From Actinomycetota bacterium (GTDB taxonomy: Bacteria > Actinomycetota > Actinomycetes > JACCUZ01): DNA of 64,000 bases. Shown here one piece after another: positions 62,384 to 64,000 of this stretch. The notes below the pieces were generated by a model that saw nothing but the letters and a program-made list of their open reading frames with translations, was not told the DNA's origin and searched no databases. Each line of letters opens with the position of its first letter. Position 1 is the first letter of the stretch. Both the position numbers and the translations under genes were made by a program. The stretch covers positions 9,445 to 73,444 of the forward strand of contig JAVEDI010000104.1 of assembly GCA_030841035.1 (NCBI GenBank), in the 5' to 3' direction.

Positions 62384-63422
62384 GGAGCTTGTCGACGGGC
62401 CTCCCATGGCGCCACGGACCTCGCAGCGCTCGCTGTCGAGGACGCTCACGATGCTCTACCGGCAGCGCGAGGCGACCCTGCTCGTAGCACTCGCCCTCGT
62501 CGTGATCGTCATGACGGCGGTCAACTCGCGGTTCCTCTCGGCGAGCAACGTCCAGGACATGCTGATGAACGTCGCGATCCTGGCGATCATCGCGGTCGGG
62601 CAGACCTTCGTGGTGCTCACCCGGAACATCGATCTGTCCGTCGGGGCCAACATCGCGGTCTCGGCGTTCGTCGCCGGCGACTATCTGCGGAGCAACCCCG
62701 ATGGCAACCTGCTGGTGGTGCTCCTGCTCAGCTCGTTCGTAGGGCTGCTGCTGGGCGTGCTGAACGCTGTCCTCGTGACCTTCGGCGGCCTCCCCTCCGT
62801 CGTCGCGACGCTGGGCACGCTGTACGTCTACCGCGGGATCGTCGCGTTGCTCACCGAGGGCACCAACTCCATCAACGCCTTCCAGCTGCCTGAGAGCTTC
62901 GCCAACTTCGGGCAGAGCAAGCTGCTGGGTGTCTCGGTGCTGGCCTGGATCGCGCTCGTCGTCGTGGTGATCGCCGCGTACGTCCTGCGGTACACGCGTC
63001 CCGGTCGCGACATCTACGCCATCGGATCCAACGCCGACGCCGCACGGCTGGCCGGCGTACCGGTCCAGCGGCGGGTCTTCACCGCGTTCGCACTCTCGGG
63101 CATGCTCAGCGGGCTCTGCGGTGCGCTCTGGACCGCGCAGTACCTGAACGTCAACTCCGTCACGGCCAGCGGCTTCGAGTTCATCGTCATCGCCGCAGTC
63201 GTCGTCGGCGGGGTGAACATCTTCGGTGGCTCCGGAACGGTGCTGGGGGCAGCCCTGGGGGCACTCATCCTGATCTCCATCCAGAGCGGCCTGAACCTGC
63301 TCAAGGTCTCGCCCTTCTGGATCAGTGCCATCTACGGCGCGGCCATCCTGGTCGCCGTCGCCGTCGACGGCCTGCTGAGCAGGCGTATCCACGCCGCTCT
63401 GACCGCGGGAAGGCGAACGTGA
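62373..63422 (+). CDS. Sugar ABC transporter permease (RbsC-like)
   Basis: Polytopic. Motifs IDLSVGA and LGTLYVYRG. Confidence 0.85.
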   Translation: MTVEELVDGPPMAPRTSQRSLSRTLTMLYRQREATLLVALALVVIVMTAVNSRFLSASNVQDMLMNVAILAIIAVGQTFVVLTRNIDLSVGANIAVSAFVAGDYLRSNPDGNLLVVLLLSSFVGLLLGVLNAVLVTFGGLPSVVATLGTLYVYRGIVALLTEGTNSINAFQLPESFANFGQSKLLGVSVLAWIALVVVVIAAYVLRYTRPGRDIYAIGSNADAARLAGVPVQRRVFTAFALSGMLSGLCGALWTAQYLNVNSVTASGFEFIVIAAVVVGGVNIFGGSGTVLGAALGALILISIQSGLNLLKVSPFWISAIYGAAILVAVAVDGLLSRRIHAALTAGRRT

Positions 63423-64000
63423 TGAGAGGCGGTTCGGTGGTACGCCGGTTGTCGGTCTTTGGCCGCTGGGAGTCGTTCCTGCTCGTCCTGGTCGTGGTGA
63501 CGTTCCTGCTCGGCAGCGCAAGCTCCTCTGCCTTCGCGACGTCGGCCAACCTGTCCGCGGCGGCCGCCAGCTATACCGAGGTGGCCCTCATCGCGCTCCC
63601 GATGACCCTGATCATCATCATGGGAGACATCGACCTGTCGGTCGGCTCGGTGGTCGCTCTCGCCAGTACTGCGCTCGGCCGCATGACCATGGAGGGCTTC
63701 CCGATCGGGCTCAGCGTCGTGCTCGTCGTGCTGCTGGGCGCGATCGCGGGGGCGGTCAACGCCGTGCTCGTGGTGGTGCTGCGGCTGCCGTCACTGGTGG
63801 TCACTCTCGGGACGCTGACCCTCTACGCCGGGCTGGCGCGCGTCACCCTGAGCGCCGGCGGCGTCGCGCAGTTCCCGTCCTTCGTCAGCAACTTCGGCTC
63901 GGGCTACCTGCCGGGGACACTGGTGCCCTGGGCGCTTCTGGTCGTGGTCGTCGCCGTCATCCCGTTCGCCGTGGTGCTGCACTCCAGCCATCTGGGACGA
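63422..64000 (+). CDS. Second sugar ABC transporter permease (3' end truncated by the window edge)
   Basis: ATG 63422 shares one base with the upstream stop. Translation MRGGSVVRRL...IIMGDIDLSVGSVVAL...VVTLGTLTLYAG stays open to the window end. Confidence 0.8.
   Translation, partial: MRGGSVVRRLSVFGRWESFLLVLVVVTFLLGSASSSAFATSANLSAAAASYTEVALIALPMTLIIIMGDIDLSVGSVVALASTALGRMTMEGFPIGLSVVLVVLLGAIAGAVNAVLVVVLRLPSLVVTLGTLTLYAGLARVTLSAGGVAQFPSFVSNFGSGYLPGTLVPWALLVVVVAVIPFAVVLHSSHLGR

Overview
High-GC, actinobacterial-type chromosomal DNA. No searches were run: all product calls rest on motifs I can read in the ORF translations. Layout: (1) 1-10.6 kb is the right-hand part of an integrated phage-derived element. 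It carries a capsid-like gene, an excisionase-type HTH, a Toprim/AAA primase-helicase, a small-terminase-like protein and translationally coupled serine and tyrosine recombinases. An opposite-strand cargo block follows, holding a Ser/Thr kinase operon, and the element ends at a tRNA-Ser(UGA)-derived sequence with a broken acceptor stem. (2) 10.7-41.2 kb is ordinary chromosome. It holds a duplicated ABC-2 exporter, sthA, a mannose-family PTS interleaved with nagA, ptsH and murQ under a DasR-like GntR regulator with a dre-like operator, an ECF sigma/anti-sigma pair, nei, a globin-reductase, two aldehyde dehydrogenases, a GAF-PAS-GGDEF-EAL protein, an acyl-CoA ligase, tRNA-Ser(GCU), a DUF3618/holin-like trio, yihY and pckG. 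(3) 41.2-50.2 kb is accessory-looking. After tRNA-Arg(ACG) come a visibly lower-GC islet with a transposase-HTH remnant and a 509-aa membrane protein, small secreted proteins, a Crp regulator, an 815-aa Ig-like/propeller surface protein and an orphan type IV pilin. (4) 50.2-64 kb is an IclR-associated catabolic cluster plus a sugar ABC importer, driven from three regions that share a collinear motif set. The signals I rank highest are the satellite-like element and its kinase + 189-aa cargo operon, a 53-nt hairpin family with three copies (one in a 103-bp tandem duplication) and an invariant 12-bp basal stem, the shared promoter/operator architecture of the catabolic cluster, and the atypical amino-sugar PTS.
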